Shown here: one piece after another, positions 55,358-64,000 of the stretch
Position numbering within the stretch: the first letter of the stretch is position 1
Layout: every line of letters begins with the position of its first letter
NCBI GenBank assembly: GCA_050124975.1
Contig: JASFEF010000001.1
Span: 26,122 to 90,121 of the forward strand
Origin: Candidatus Thorarchaeota archaeon
Lineage (GTDB): Archaea > Asgardarchaeota > Thorarchaeia > Thorarchaeales > Thorarchaeaceae
Reading direction: 5' to 3'
DNA length: 64,000 nt
The notes under the pieces: generated by a model
Told to the model about the DNA's origin: nothing
What the model saw: the letters and a program-made list of their open reading frames with translations, nothing else
Databases searched by the model: none
Translations under genes and position numbers: made by a program

Positions 55358-56776
55358 ATGCGAATTATCGAGATTTTGATTATTGTTTTTCTAATCCTGC
55401 TCTCAATCCAGTTCATTTTGCCCTCAACAATTGGAAATCAAAAGAAAGGGACAGTAATGGGTGTTCTAAGTGTGGCTGGTATCATTATATTTCTGATCCA
55501 CATGCTAATTGAAGGTCTTCGCTGGCAGATGATCCCTGTATACATCCCAACAATTCTGTTGTTTCTCTGGGGTGTCATCAGACTGATTGAGATCTATAGG
55601 ATTCAAACAGGTGCAATACCAGAACCTGAGATTGGTGCACGACGAATACGAAGAGGTATTGTGATTTTAGTCATGGCTGTGATTCTCGTTTCCTCAACTC
55701 TGTTCCTCAACTCGCTTTTCCCAGCTTTTCATCTCCCCAAACCCTCTGGAGAATTTGCAATAGGAACAGTCACATTTGAACTGACCGATGACACAAGAAC
55801 TGAAACCTTCACAACTGATCCGGAAGACCACCGCAGAATTCTCATCCGTGCTTGGTATCCATCTGATAGCGTGGCTGGACATAGAATGGCTCCATACGTT
55901 GACGCTCCAGGTCAATTTGGCACAGGTGTCGAGAGATCGTTTGGTTTCCCCGCGGTTGTTGTAAGTCACATTCCACAAACAAAAACACACTCGTATTTGA
56001 ATGCACCATTGTCACAAGCTGAAACATCCTTCCCTCTCCTCATCTTTTCTCATGGATATGGCGGTATCATAATGCAGGACACTGTTTTGATGGAGGAACT
56101 GGCAAGCAATGGGTATATTGTGTTCAGTATCAGTCACTCATACGAAGCAGCTGTGACAAGTTTTCCGGATGGTTCTGTAATCTATGAAGCAACCCCCGAT
56201 ATGTATGACAACATTGCTAGCAGTCTATTGATATGGTCTAACGACACAACCTTCCTTGTTGATCAGCTAGAGATTACGAATAATCCTGCCATTCCCGGTG
56301 TGTTGTGGGATGGGATGGACCTTGACACAATCGGTGTGTTTGGACACTCTTTTGGAGGTACAACTGCTGAACATGTGATTCTTGAGGATGCCAGATTTGA
56401 TGTAGGAATCAGCTTTGACAGTCCTCATGGGGGCAGCTCCCTCACAATGAACATGACGAAGCCCTTCATGCTCCTATTTGGACCCGACTATGGTAATCCG
56501 GAGATGAATGACACAATATTCAATCGTGCAGAAGGCACATGTTATGGTCTCTTTGTCAATGGTACCAGACACTACAATTTCGCAGATGTCAATATATGGT
56601 CACCAGTACTCAAGAGTTTTGGACTACTTGGGTCCATTGATGGCTATCGAATGCTTGACATACTGAACTCCTATGTCCTTGCATTTTTCAATGAGCATCT
56701 CAATGGGATTACATCACCTTTACTGGACGGACCCTCTGTAGACTATCCTGAGGTCTCGTTCTACAGTAAGTCATAG
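55358..56776 (+). CDS. Membrane-anchored alpha/beta hydrolase, PAF-acetylhydrolase-like
   Basis: About 4 N-terminal TM helices, then a serine hydrolase domain with the GHSFGG elbow. Confidence 0.6.
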   Translation: MRIIEILIIVFLILLSIQFILPSTIGNQKKGTVMGVLSVAGIIIFLIHMLIEGLRWQMIPVYIPTILLFLWGVIRLIEIYRIQTGAIPEPEIGARRIRRGIVILVMAVILVSSTLFLNSLFPAFHLPKPSGEFAIGTVTFELTDDTRTETFTTDPEDHRRILIRAWYPSDSVAGHRMAPYVDAPGQFGTGVERSFGFPAVVVSHIPQTKTHSYLNAPLSQAETSFPLLIFSHGYGGIIMQDTVLMEELASNGYIVFSISHSYEAAVTSFPDGSVIYEATPDMYDNIASSLLIWSNDTTFLVDQLEITNNPAIPGVLWDGMDLDTIGVFGHSFGGTTAEHVILEDARFDVGISFDSPHGGSSLTMNMTKPFMLLFGPDYGNPEMNDTIFNRAEGTCYGLFVNGTRHYNFADVNIWSPVLKSFGLLGSIDGYRMLDILNSYVLAFFNEHLNGITSPLLDGPSVDYPEVSFYSKS

Positions 56777-56814
56777 GACAACATAGAAAACACATAGGAC
56801 CTGCGATATTATCA

Positions 56815-57066
56815 GTGAGTACCATGGACCAGAATAACGAGAATCGAAGACGAATCATTGGTACAGTCGCATCTGTGTTCCTGTTCATTGCCTGGATTCT
56901 AATCGATCTCTATGTATTTCCACTGATGGGGATATCTACGAATTACAACCTCTATGAATTGGTTACTTATGGGTCCTGGGCTATTGTTGCATTAATCTGC
57001 TTCCTCTTGCTTTCTTGGGCTGGATGGTTTCCCATGAGAACTCATGATTCAATGGTTGAAACCTAA
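56815..57066 (+). CDS. Small two-TM membrane protein
   Basis: 83 aa, hydrophobic. Confidence 0.35.
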   Translation: MSTMDQNNENRRRIIGTVASVFLFIAWILIDLYVFPLMGISTNYNLYELVTYGSWAIVALICFLLLSWAGWFPMRTHDSMVET

Positions 57067-57857
57067 TTGGGTGGCGAGTTTGTGTCGCCCATAGATATCG
57101 AATTCCCTTGTTGTTCTAGGATTCGTAACAGTTGCCGACCCAACGTCACCATCACTATTGCTGCTAAAATGACCTTGATTGGTGTGATGAATCCAGCTAC
57201 AAGCCATATATCATATAGAATTTCAGGAGTCCATCCAAACAACCAGTGAACCTGACCAGGCACAAGTACGAAGACTCGAAATAGAATGTCGGTTTCCAAA
57301 CCAATTACAGTACAGAAGATGAGCAAAAGCAAGTTGTAGCGTTCACTATTGTTTGACCATATGCCTTGTGTCGTTACGGCAGAGAAGATTAACACAATAG
57401 CATAACCAACAAGGATATCCCAGATTCCCCAGAGTGGAAGACCCCACGTCACTGGATAAATGAAATATCCACTAAGCATGGCTGTATAGATTCCAAAGAC
57501 TGGTTTCCACTTACGTTGATATACAAAACCCGCCACGGCCGCTCCCATTGACAGTCCAAGCATGAACAACAGCTCAGTAGGCTCGCGGTAGTAGATGGTG
57601 TGTCCTATTAGGCTACCAATTCCAACTGATAAGGCTCCTAGATATGGACCCAAGAGTATTCCAACTATGGGGCTCAATAGAAATGCCCAGCTATCCCAGA
57701 CTCCTGATGTGAAACCGAATGCAGGTATGATGTCCAGAACTGCGATTAGTGCCGCAAAGACTGCCACAAAAGCCACTGTTCGACTCGAGTGTGAATCTAT
57801 TTGGATTGCCATCGTTCCGCGTCGTTCTACGGGGTGCGATTTAAACCTCTTTGTCAT
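57063..57857 (-). CDS. Polytopic membrane protein (ECF S-component-like, uncertain)
   Basis: 264 aa, about 6 TM helices. Confidence 0.45.
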   Translation of the reverse strand: MTKRFKSHPVERRGTMAIQIDSHSSRTVAFVAVFAALIAVLDIIPAFGFTSGVWDSWAFLLSPIVGILLGPYLGALSVGIGSLIGHTIYYREPTELLFMLGLSMGAAVAGFVYQRKWKPVFGIYTAMLSGYFIYPVTWGLPLWGIWDILVGYAIVLIFSAVTTQGIWSNNSERYNLLLLIFCTVIGLETDILFRVFVLVPGQVHWLFGWTPEILYDIWLVAGFITPIKVILAAIVMVTLGRQLLRILEQQGNSISMGDTNSPPN

Positions 57858-57921
57858 ACTATTGTCTAAATACTACTGAGCTATATCCTGTGTTATAGAT
57901 GATAAGGAGTTTTGAAACAAA

Positions 57922-58860
57922 ATGGGTAAAGCACGATTTGTATTTCCCTTCCTGTTCTCAGCTGGCGGTATTTCAGCTGCATTGTATATTCTATATCGAG
58001 TAACAGACTTGATTCCACCTGTAGAATTCTTTCCTTGGGTTGCAGGATCTCTCTTCACCGACATTGTTGTCATCCTAGGAATAGCTATCCCTGTAATTAT
58101 AATAGAATACTTCATTATCGCACTCCCTTTGGCGGCTCTTTTCCTACTAGGTAGTAGGATGATAAAATCCGCTACTTACAATTTCAGTATCATGGATATT
58201 GGTAAAGACTTCGGCGGGTACAGAATGCTCCGTAGGAGTGTTGCACCTGCACTTTTCAGTGTGAGCTCATCCGGTCTGGTCGTGGGTCTCATTGAAGGAT
58301 TAATAGTAGATGCATTTCCTCCCCTTCCACCTGAGCAACTTTACCTGGTCGCGTTAAGTGTAACTTTGATGGGCGCGCTCATAATCATGCCCATCGCATT
58401 GGCATTTTTCATGCCAACTTGGGTTCTGAATGATGCTGGGATTGTCACATATCTTAAGGAAGGACAACTGGATGTGAGACAATGTCCCGATACTGAGGGT
58501 GTAGGTCGTTGGTATAGCAGTATGCTTGGAGGCTACTCGCTGTTCGCATTTCCAATTGCGATGGTAAGTGCTCACTTTGTTAGACCCTTCATAATTGAAG
58601 GTGTGACCCCTACGCCACAACTACTACTAATTAGCAGTCTCTGGACAATTGGTATCCCTCTGCTGGTAATGGCCTTCATCATTCCTGTTGTTTTCCTGAA
58701 TGAAGCAGCACAGAAAAGGTCCGTTGGTTTCATCCAGCGTTTTGCTAGAGGACTAGCAGCCAAAGAAGTAGAAAAACCCGTGATCTCAAGAAAGGGTGCA
58801 AAGAAGAAAGTCCCTGAAGAAGCACCAGAAGAACCAGCTAAAGAAGAACTGGACTACTGA
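57922..58860 (+). CDS. Polytopic membrane protein with a K/E-rich C-terminal tail
   Basis: 312 aa. Confidence 0.5.
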   Translation: MGKARFVFPFLFSAGGISAALYILYRVTDLIPPVEFFPWVAGSLFTDIVVILGIAIPVIIIEYFIIALPLAALFLLGSRMIKSATYNFSIMDIGKDFGGYRMLRRSVAPALFSVSSSGLVVGLIEGLIVDAFPPLPPEQLYLVALSVTLMGALIIMPIALAFFMPTWVLNDAGIVTYLKEGQLDVRQCPDTEGVGRWYSSMLGGYSLFAFPIAMVSAHFVRPFIIEGVTPTPQLLLISSLWTIGIPLLVMAFIIPVVFLNEAAQKRSVGFIQRFARGLAAKEVEKPVISRKGAKKKVPEEAPEEPAKEELDY

Positions 58861-58882
58861 TGTCTCTAATCACAGGAGTACA

Positions 58883-59977
58883 TCATCTCCTCCGGAGATA
58901 GACCGCAAGGACGACCGCAGCTGCAAATCCAATCATAGCACCTGGGATAATCCATTGCATTAGGCCTGACCAATCAGGAGGTGGTATTGGTCCAACTATG
59001 GAGATGTTGACTACATCGCTATAGACGGCCTCGTTCAAATACAGATCCGCGGCCTCGAGATCAATCGTATATTTACCAAGATCTAAATCTTCTATGGTTC
59101 CTGTGAATGTGCTGTCTGAAGTTGCATTAAGTGCAAAATATCTTATATCAACAGAAATCCTCTCACCTGTTGTTTCATCTAAAGCGAAAATCCTGACATT
59201 GACACTGAGAACACCTGTTTCGTCGCTGAATTCCACTGTGAGATTTACGGTGGTCCCCAAGGCACTTTCCTGCGGAATAACTATGGCTTCCACGAATTCT
59301 GGAGCATCAGGTTCATAGACCCCTAGAGCTGTAGCAATCGCCTGGCACATCTCATCACGATAATACCTACTCCTTACACCGGTCACAATATTCCCATCAA
59401 TAATGGGGGGTACCAATGCACTGAATGTAGCACCTGCAGCCTCATACTCAGCTGCAAAGTCTGCACTCCCTGTGACATTCTTCCCTGAAATCACATCTGC
59501 GGCTGCTAGAACTCTTACTCCGCGACACCATGCACTCACAATGAGACCTTCATTGACTGCCGAGTTGATTAGATTGAGTGAGGTCTGATTAGTTCGAAGA
59601 AGATTGTGGGAGTTCCCTGGCATTATTGAGATTGCATCATACTGGGATATGTTTCCTATCTCAGTCATCAGCAAGTCCACCGTGAGCACTTCGTCACCTA
59701 GGTAGTCACAAGAAGTGAGAGTCCTGTTCAACCCAGTCGTTGTGATACTCCACTCGAAACGTTCGAAGATTTCAATTATGAACGGAACATTCCCTCCATA
59801 ATTATGGTCTAATAGTAGCAAGATTTCTACAGGGTCTTCAGATTCGGTGGTGGCATCCACATGACAGGGCGTCTCTGAAATGATCCCTATTGAAAAAACA
59901 ACCAGGACAATGAAGACAATCATGTATCCTCTATCTATCCATTGTCTTGAAACGAGGCTCAGCATATTTTGTGACAC
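58883..59977 (-). CDS. Surface-exposed DJ-1/PfpI-like domain protein with a beta-sandwich domain and C-terminal TM anchor
   Basis: 364 aa. N-terminal signal/TM segment, YDAISIMPG and the Cys elbow SAWCRG, then a C-terminal TM helix followed by RRR. Confidence 0.5.
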   Translation of the reverse strand: MSQNMLSLVSRQWIDRGYMIVFIVLVVFSIGIISETPCHVDATTESEDPVEILLLLDHNYGGNVPFIIEIFERFEWSITTTGLNRTLTSCDYLGDEVLTVDLLMTEIGNISQYDAISIMPGNSHNLLRTNQTSLNLINSAVNEGLIVSAWCRGVRVLAAADVISGKNVTGSADFAAEYEAAGATFSALVPPIIDGNIVTGVRSRYYRDEMCQAIATALGVYEPDAPEFVEAIVIPQESALGTTVNLTVEFSDETGVLSVNVRIFALDETTGERISVDIRYFALNATSDSTFTGTIEDLDLGKYTIDLEAADLYLNEAVYSDVVNISIVGPIPPPDWSGLMQWIIPGAMIGFAAAVVLAVYLRRR

Positions 59978-60078
59978 CGAGCAGGAGCTAATAGGAGAAA
60001 TGGCCTAATAATGTGTCATTGGCGCAAGTTTTTTACCAAATTTTGTAACAATAGTTAATAATTAAGTGGTGGTTTCAA

Positions 60079-60525
60079 ATGACCAAACTGATTGATGCTG
60101 AAATTAAACAAGCAACCTTTGTCCGTGCAAAGCCAGAGGAGGTATATGACGCTCTGACAACTGGAGCGGGTCTAGATGCATGGTTCACAGTTGGATCCGA
60201 GGTTGATGCCAGACCTGGGGGAAAAATCGTCTTCCGGTGGAAGAACTGGGGCCCTGACAAATACACAAATGATTCTCCTGGTACTGTAGTGGAAGCAAAG
60301 CGCCCTGAACGTTTTGTGTTTCAGTGGAAAGCCGATAATCCATCTTATGCCACAACCATAGAGATGAATTTCGAAGGAGTCGAAGAAGGAACCGTTGTGA
60401 GACTACGAGAGTATGGATATCATGATACACCATCTGGAAGAGCAGCCCTTTTGGAATGTGCCGCTGGCTGGGGTGAGGCGCTAACACTCATGAAATATTA
60501 TGTGGAACATGGTGTAACCTATTAG
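60079..60525 (+). CDS. SRPBCC/AHSA1-domain protein
   Basis: 148 aa with an Aha1-like pattern (PEEVYDALT...LDAWF). Confidence 0.7.
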   Translation: MTKLIDAEIKQATFVRAKPEEVYDALTTGAGLDAWFTVGSEVDARPGGKIVFRWKNWGPDKYTNDSPGTVVEAKRPERFVFQWKADNPSYATTIEMNFEGVEEGTVVRLREYGYHDTPSGRAALLECAAGWGEALTLMKYYVEHGVTY

Positions 60526-60614
60526 ACAACCCCAATGATGCGGCAAATCAACGAATCCTCATGATAAACGGCCTCGTCAATATATACCGTTTTTTCCTTT
60601 ATTTACGCCACCAA

Positions 60615-61082
60615 TTACGCAGTGGAGAATCTGTAAGGCACATAATCTGTCATAATGACATCTTTTCCAAGCATCTTCAGGCCCATTATAATCTGGCCTC
60701 TGTGATATGTGAAATGATTCACAAGATGGAATAACATCTCATTGAATGTAATCACAACTGTCTTTCCTGCTCTCTCATCCGTGAATGGATCAACGGTCCT
60801 TTCTTCAATTAGACTCTGCCATTTCTTCAGATAGAACATAATGAATTGGTAGAGGTCATCCCGTGTCATACTCAGAAAATCAGGTTCCTCAGGCTCTTCA
60901 TTATGCCAGTCATGAAACCATTCCCATGTGTCTTGAGCAAGGTGGAGGTACCTTCTATGAATACTACCTGTGCCTTCTACAAGGGGTTGTGTGAACTCAT
61001 CGTCGGTGAGTGTTTCCACGATTCCCCATACTGCATCGTTTGCCCAAGTCAAGTAGCTTGCTAGCTTTGGTATCAGGGTCAT
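60615..61082 (-). CDS. DinB-family four-helix-bundle protein
   Basis: 155 aa with His residues placed as in DinB_2 (HL..H...HRGQ). Confidence 0.65.
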   Translation of the reverse strand: MTLIPKLASYLTWANDAVWGIVETLTDDEFTQPLVEGTGSIHRRYLHLAQDTWEWFHDWHNEEPEEPDFLSMTRDDLYQFIMFYLKKWQSLIEERTVDPFTDERAGKTVVITFNEMLFHLVNHFTYHRGQIIMGLKMLGKDVIMTDYVPYRFSTA

Positions 61083-61163
61083 ACTGTATCATTACATGAC
61101 GTTGTTTTAAATCAAACAGTCAAAACAGAAGATTTCTATTCGATAATCCCGATTCAGTTTAGA

Positions 61164-62009
61164 ATGACTATGAAGGGCAAAGTTGTCATTGTAACAGGCA
61201 GTAATTCAGGGATTGGGAAGGAAACAGCTCTTGCCTTAGCTGAGAAGGGGGCCACTGTAGTCGCAGTTGTTCGGAACCAAGAGCTGGGCCAACAGGCGTG
61301 TGAAACGATAGTTACTGAAACTGGGAATGAGTTTGTCGATATGATGCTCTGTGATTTGTCATCAATGAGCACAATCAGGAAGTTTGCTGAGAAATTCAAG
61401 AGCAAGTATGACCATCTTGATGTCTTGATTAACAATGCTGGAGCAGTCTTTAGCAAGAGGGAGGTGACAAGTGAGGGCTTTGAACGTACACTGGCGGTAA
61501 ACTATCTTGCTCCATTTCTACTAACTCATGAGCTGTTACCACTCCTAAAGACAAGCGCACCTTCTAGGGTGATTAACCTCTCGTCCGGTTTAGCCAGTAG
61601 ATCTGATTTGAATTTGGACGACCTGCAGAGCGAGTCTGGCTATAAATCCCGGAAGGTATACGGTAGTGCCAAACTTATGATTGAGATGTTCACCTACGAG
61701 CTGGCGCGACGACTCGAGAACACTGGTGTTTCAGTGAATACAGTCCGACCCGGATTTGTCGCAACTAATCTTGGTCGCAGTAGCGGTAGCTTTAGCTCCA
61801 GAATCATGTTTGGTATGATGAAACCCTTCCAACTAAGCCCAAAGGAAGGTGCAGAAACCTCGATTTATCTTGCTAGTTCGCCTGAAGTAGAGGGGGTGAC
61901 AGGTAAATGCTTCAGAAAATGTGATGAGGCCACAACCTCTGAAACCTCATACGATGTGGAGAAACAGAGACTGCTTTGGGAAAAGACAATTGATTTGCTA
62001 GGCCTCTAA
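61164..62009 (+). CDS. Short-chain dehydrogenase/reductase
   Basis: TGSNSGIGKE, NNAG and YGSAK motifs. Confidence 0.9.
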   Translation: MTMKGKVVIVTGSNSGIGKETALALAEKGATVVAVVRNQELGQQACETIVTETGNEFVDMMLCDLSSMSTIRKFAEKFKSKYDHLDVLINNAGAVFSKREVTSEGFERTLAVNYLAPFLLTHELLPLLKTSAPSRVINLSSGLASRSDLNLDDLQSESGYKSRKVYGSAKLMIEMFTYELARRLENTGVSVNTVRPGFVATNLGRSSGSFSSRIMFGMMKPFQLSPKEGAETSIYLASSPEVEGVTGKCFRKCDEATTSETSYDVEKQRLLWEKTIDLLGL

Positions 62010-64000
62010 AGACTGACCAAACGACTTCTTGAAATTCTCGGATTTCTCATAGAAGCCATACTTCTTCCATGCCGCCATGGCTGAATCATATGTTTCCTTT
62101 GCCATGGTTAGATACTTCTCGTCAGCTAGTTTTTTCCAAGCAATCGATAAGAGATCCATTAGAGGGACAGACATTGTTGCAAGTTCATAGTCGAATTTCT
62201 CAGGGTCTTGCACTACAATCCTGTTCAGATCTACCACTCTGTCTACAGTTTTCTTCAACTCAGGTTTATCCAACGTTTCCGCAATTAAGGATGCATGATA
62301 ACTTACAGACATGGCATCATCCCTAACCACCTCTCCAAATGACAGGAACCACTCCTGTACATCTAATGCTATACTCACCCCATCTTTGAGAGCATTCGAA
62401 CGGATTTCACCTTGGAGCAACCTTGAAGCTAGGGATGTCAGTGATGTATTCGTGTTGCCCAGGTAGGTGGCATACATAGTTGGTCGAGTGATTTGAGTCG
62501 CATCAATTGTGTTGATGTCAAGAAGCTTCATAGCTGCATATATCAGTCGAATCTCAGTATCCGGCAATTCTCCAGCTCTAGTGAGAACTGGAGATATGGA
62601 ATTGGTCACAACAAAAAGTGAGAATCGAACGCGCGCTTTTGGCCACTCTTCAACCAATGTGGCGTAGATATCATCAAGGAATTCTTTCGTTTGTAGAATG
62701 TGATGATATCTCGCATCACCTGTGGACAGAAAATAATATTCTGCATGAGCGACACTCACACTCTGGAAGACACTATCTAGGGTGTACGTAAATAGAGGTA
62801 CGTCTGTTCGTACTAACTCTCGAAAATAGTCACGATATAGCATGAGAACCTCTTCAAGGAATCCTTTGCGTTCACCGATTGACAACACTGGTGACTCAGT
62901 TAGGGCTGTCAACACGGCCATATAGTTCTGCAACTTAAGTGAAGCCGTGAGTCCAATCTCAATGCCCTTTCCTTCCTTCTGTAACTCCCACATCAAATCT
63001 TCATTTGTGACCCACGTGATACTCCCAAGAATACTGGATATCTGAGTTTTATAGAGTCCTAGCTCATCCTTGAATCCATCATAGCTTGTTATAGAGTACA
63101 GCTTGTTGAAGATATTATTTCGTTCTTGAATCGACTCGATGAAGGTACAATACACCTCTGATTTGCCCTTATAGAATCTTTTCAAGTTCTCTGAAAATTC
63201 CGAGTAGTCTGCCACTCGAACATCCAAGAAGAGAAAACCAAGCATGAGGTGTTCATCATCCTCAATGAACTCAAAATTGTTCATTGACTCCCTGAAGACA
63301 CGAGTATAGTCTGCTGGAATGACCTCGCCAGCCACAGACCCCACAAGGATCTTGGCCAGATCAGAGAAGGGATGATCATCCGGTAGCTTTGATGCAATTG
63401 CTCTCAACTCGGGAAGAGTTGGAGGAATTGCTTTTGTCATAGAGTGTGCCAAAGCACCCATTTTGATGCTGAATATTCCTTCAAGAGCACCTTCATTGGC
63501 CATAGCAATTGCGCAGGCTTTGTCGAACTCACCTCTCATGGCACGAGCCAAAGCATCACTTAATGAACCACTGGATTCTCTCCTTAATTGGTTCCACCTA
63601 TTCTCAGGCTCAGGTCGGTTCAGAAGGTCCTCGACTTCTTGAACCACCTTAGAAAACCGACTATCATTTCTCAACGCTTCATAGATAGGATTCCAAATAT
63701 TGGAAACTGCTTCAGGAAATGAGGTTTCAATATGGTCTTTGACATAAGGACTGAGAATTCGTTCGATAATGGCGGTCTGCTCATCATTGACGGACCCATC
63801 AGCCATTTGAATATTTGACTGATCTATCTTCTCTGCGATTATGCGTAGAAGACTATCCATGTAGTCCTCAGCCTTGCTCACGAGAGCAATCACGGTAAAG
63901 CCCTTGTTTGTTTCTGTGACAATTAGCGTGTTGTCTTTGAAGGCCAATCTCCTGACTTCACCACTTCCAGTTATGTTGCTTAATGCCTTGGTGGCTTCAA
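61998..64000 (-). CDS. Large helical protein with an N-terminal Roadblock/LC7-like domain (5'-truncated by the window edge)
   Basis: The reading frame stays open upstream of the called TTG to position 64000 (..EATKALSNITGSGEVRRLAFKDNTLIVTETNKGFTVIALVS), which looks like the C-terminal half of a Roadblock fold. About 600 aa of helical repeats follow. Confidence 0.55.
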   Translation of the reverse strand, partial: EATKALSNITGSGEVRRLAFKDNTLIVTETNKGFTVIALVSKAEDYMDSLLRIIAEKIDQSNIQMADGSVNDEQTAIIERILSPYVKDHIETSFPEAVSNIWNPIYEALRNDSRFSKVVQEVEDLLNRPEPENRWNQLRRESSGSLSDALARAMRGEFDKACAIAMANEGALEGIFSIKMGALAHSMTKAIPPTLPELRAIASKLPDDHPFSDLAKILVGSVAGEVIPADYTRVFRESMNNFEFIEDDEHLMLGFLFLDVRVADYSEFSENLKRFYKGKSEVYCTFIESIQERNNIFNKLYSITSYDGFKDELGLYKTQISSILGSITWVTNEDLMWELQKEGKGIEIGLTASLKLQNYMAVLTALTESPVLSIGERKGFLEEVLMLYRDYFRELVRTDVPLFTYTLDSVFQSVSVAHAEYYFLSTGDARYHHILQTKEFLDDIYATLVEEWPKARVRFSLFVVTNSISPVLTRAGELPDTEIRLIYAAMKLLDINTIDATQITRPTMYATYLGNTNTSLTSLASRLLQGEIRSNALKDGVSIALDVQEWFLSFGEVVRDDAMSVSYHASLIAETLDKPELKKTVDRVVDLNRIVVQDPEKFDYELATMSVPLMDLLSIAWKKLADEKYLTMAKETYDSAMAAWKKYGFYEKSENFKKSFGQSLEA

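Noticed and set aside
1-64000. CRISPR arrays, cas genes, transposases, integrases, prophage or obvious defence islands
   Set aside because: Reading the sequence, I found no regularly spaced repeats and no recognisable transposase or integrase among the translated ORFs. The only mobile-element-like trace is the tRNA-Thr 3'-end duplication, reported as a finding.

Overview
The window reads as a contiguous archaeal chromosomal segment with no sign of a plasmid, virus or CRISPR locus. All calls rest on reading the supplied translations and the DNA by eye; no database search or folding program was run.

Coding content:
- Information processing: nop5 and fibrillarin, RNase HII, Elp3, archease, a SPOUT methyltransferase, the ribosomal proteins L3-L4-L23-L2, SRP19, Gar1, RrmJ, Trm1 and a TFE-beta/RPC34-like protein.
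- Cell division: a cdrS-like ribbon-helix-helix gene whose stop codon overlaps the ftsZ start.
- Pyrimidine genes: pyrK, pyrD, pyrB and a dCMP deaminase.
- A methanofuran/H4MPT C1 cluster (mch, fwdC, ftr).
- An acetate module: a Pat-type GNAT fused to an acetyl-CoA hydrolase/transferase, an MFS transporter and acs.
- An orphan glycyl-radical enzyme.
- A BMP-type ABC transporter operon.
- Many membrane or unknown proteins.

The gene mix (FtsZ, Elp3, TFE-beta, Roadblock domain, H4MPT genes, intron-rich tRNAs) suggests an uncultured TACK- or Asgard-like archaeon. The lineage cannot be fixed from this window.

RNA-level observations, which are the most unusual part:
1. Two paralogous ~410-nt elements (about 1790-2200 and 33998-34413, minus strand) were called as 101/102-aa ORFs. 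Their differences are spread evenly over the three codon positions, several hairpins are kept by compensatory base changes, and conservation continues past the stop codon. I interpret them as an unclassified structured RNA family, possibly bound by L7Ae or RNase P RNA-like.
2. All five tRNA genes carry introns and an encoded CCA end. Three of them (Ser, Thr, Ile) have the intron in the T-loop.
3. The 3' end of tRNA-Thr is duplicated 410 bp downstream, bracketing a single small gene.
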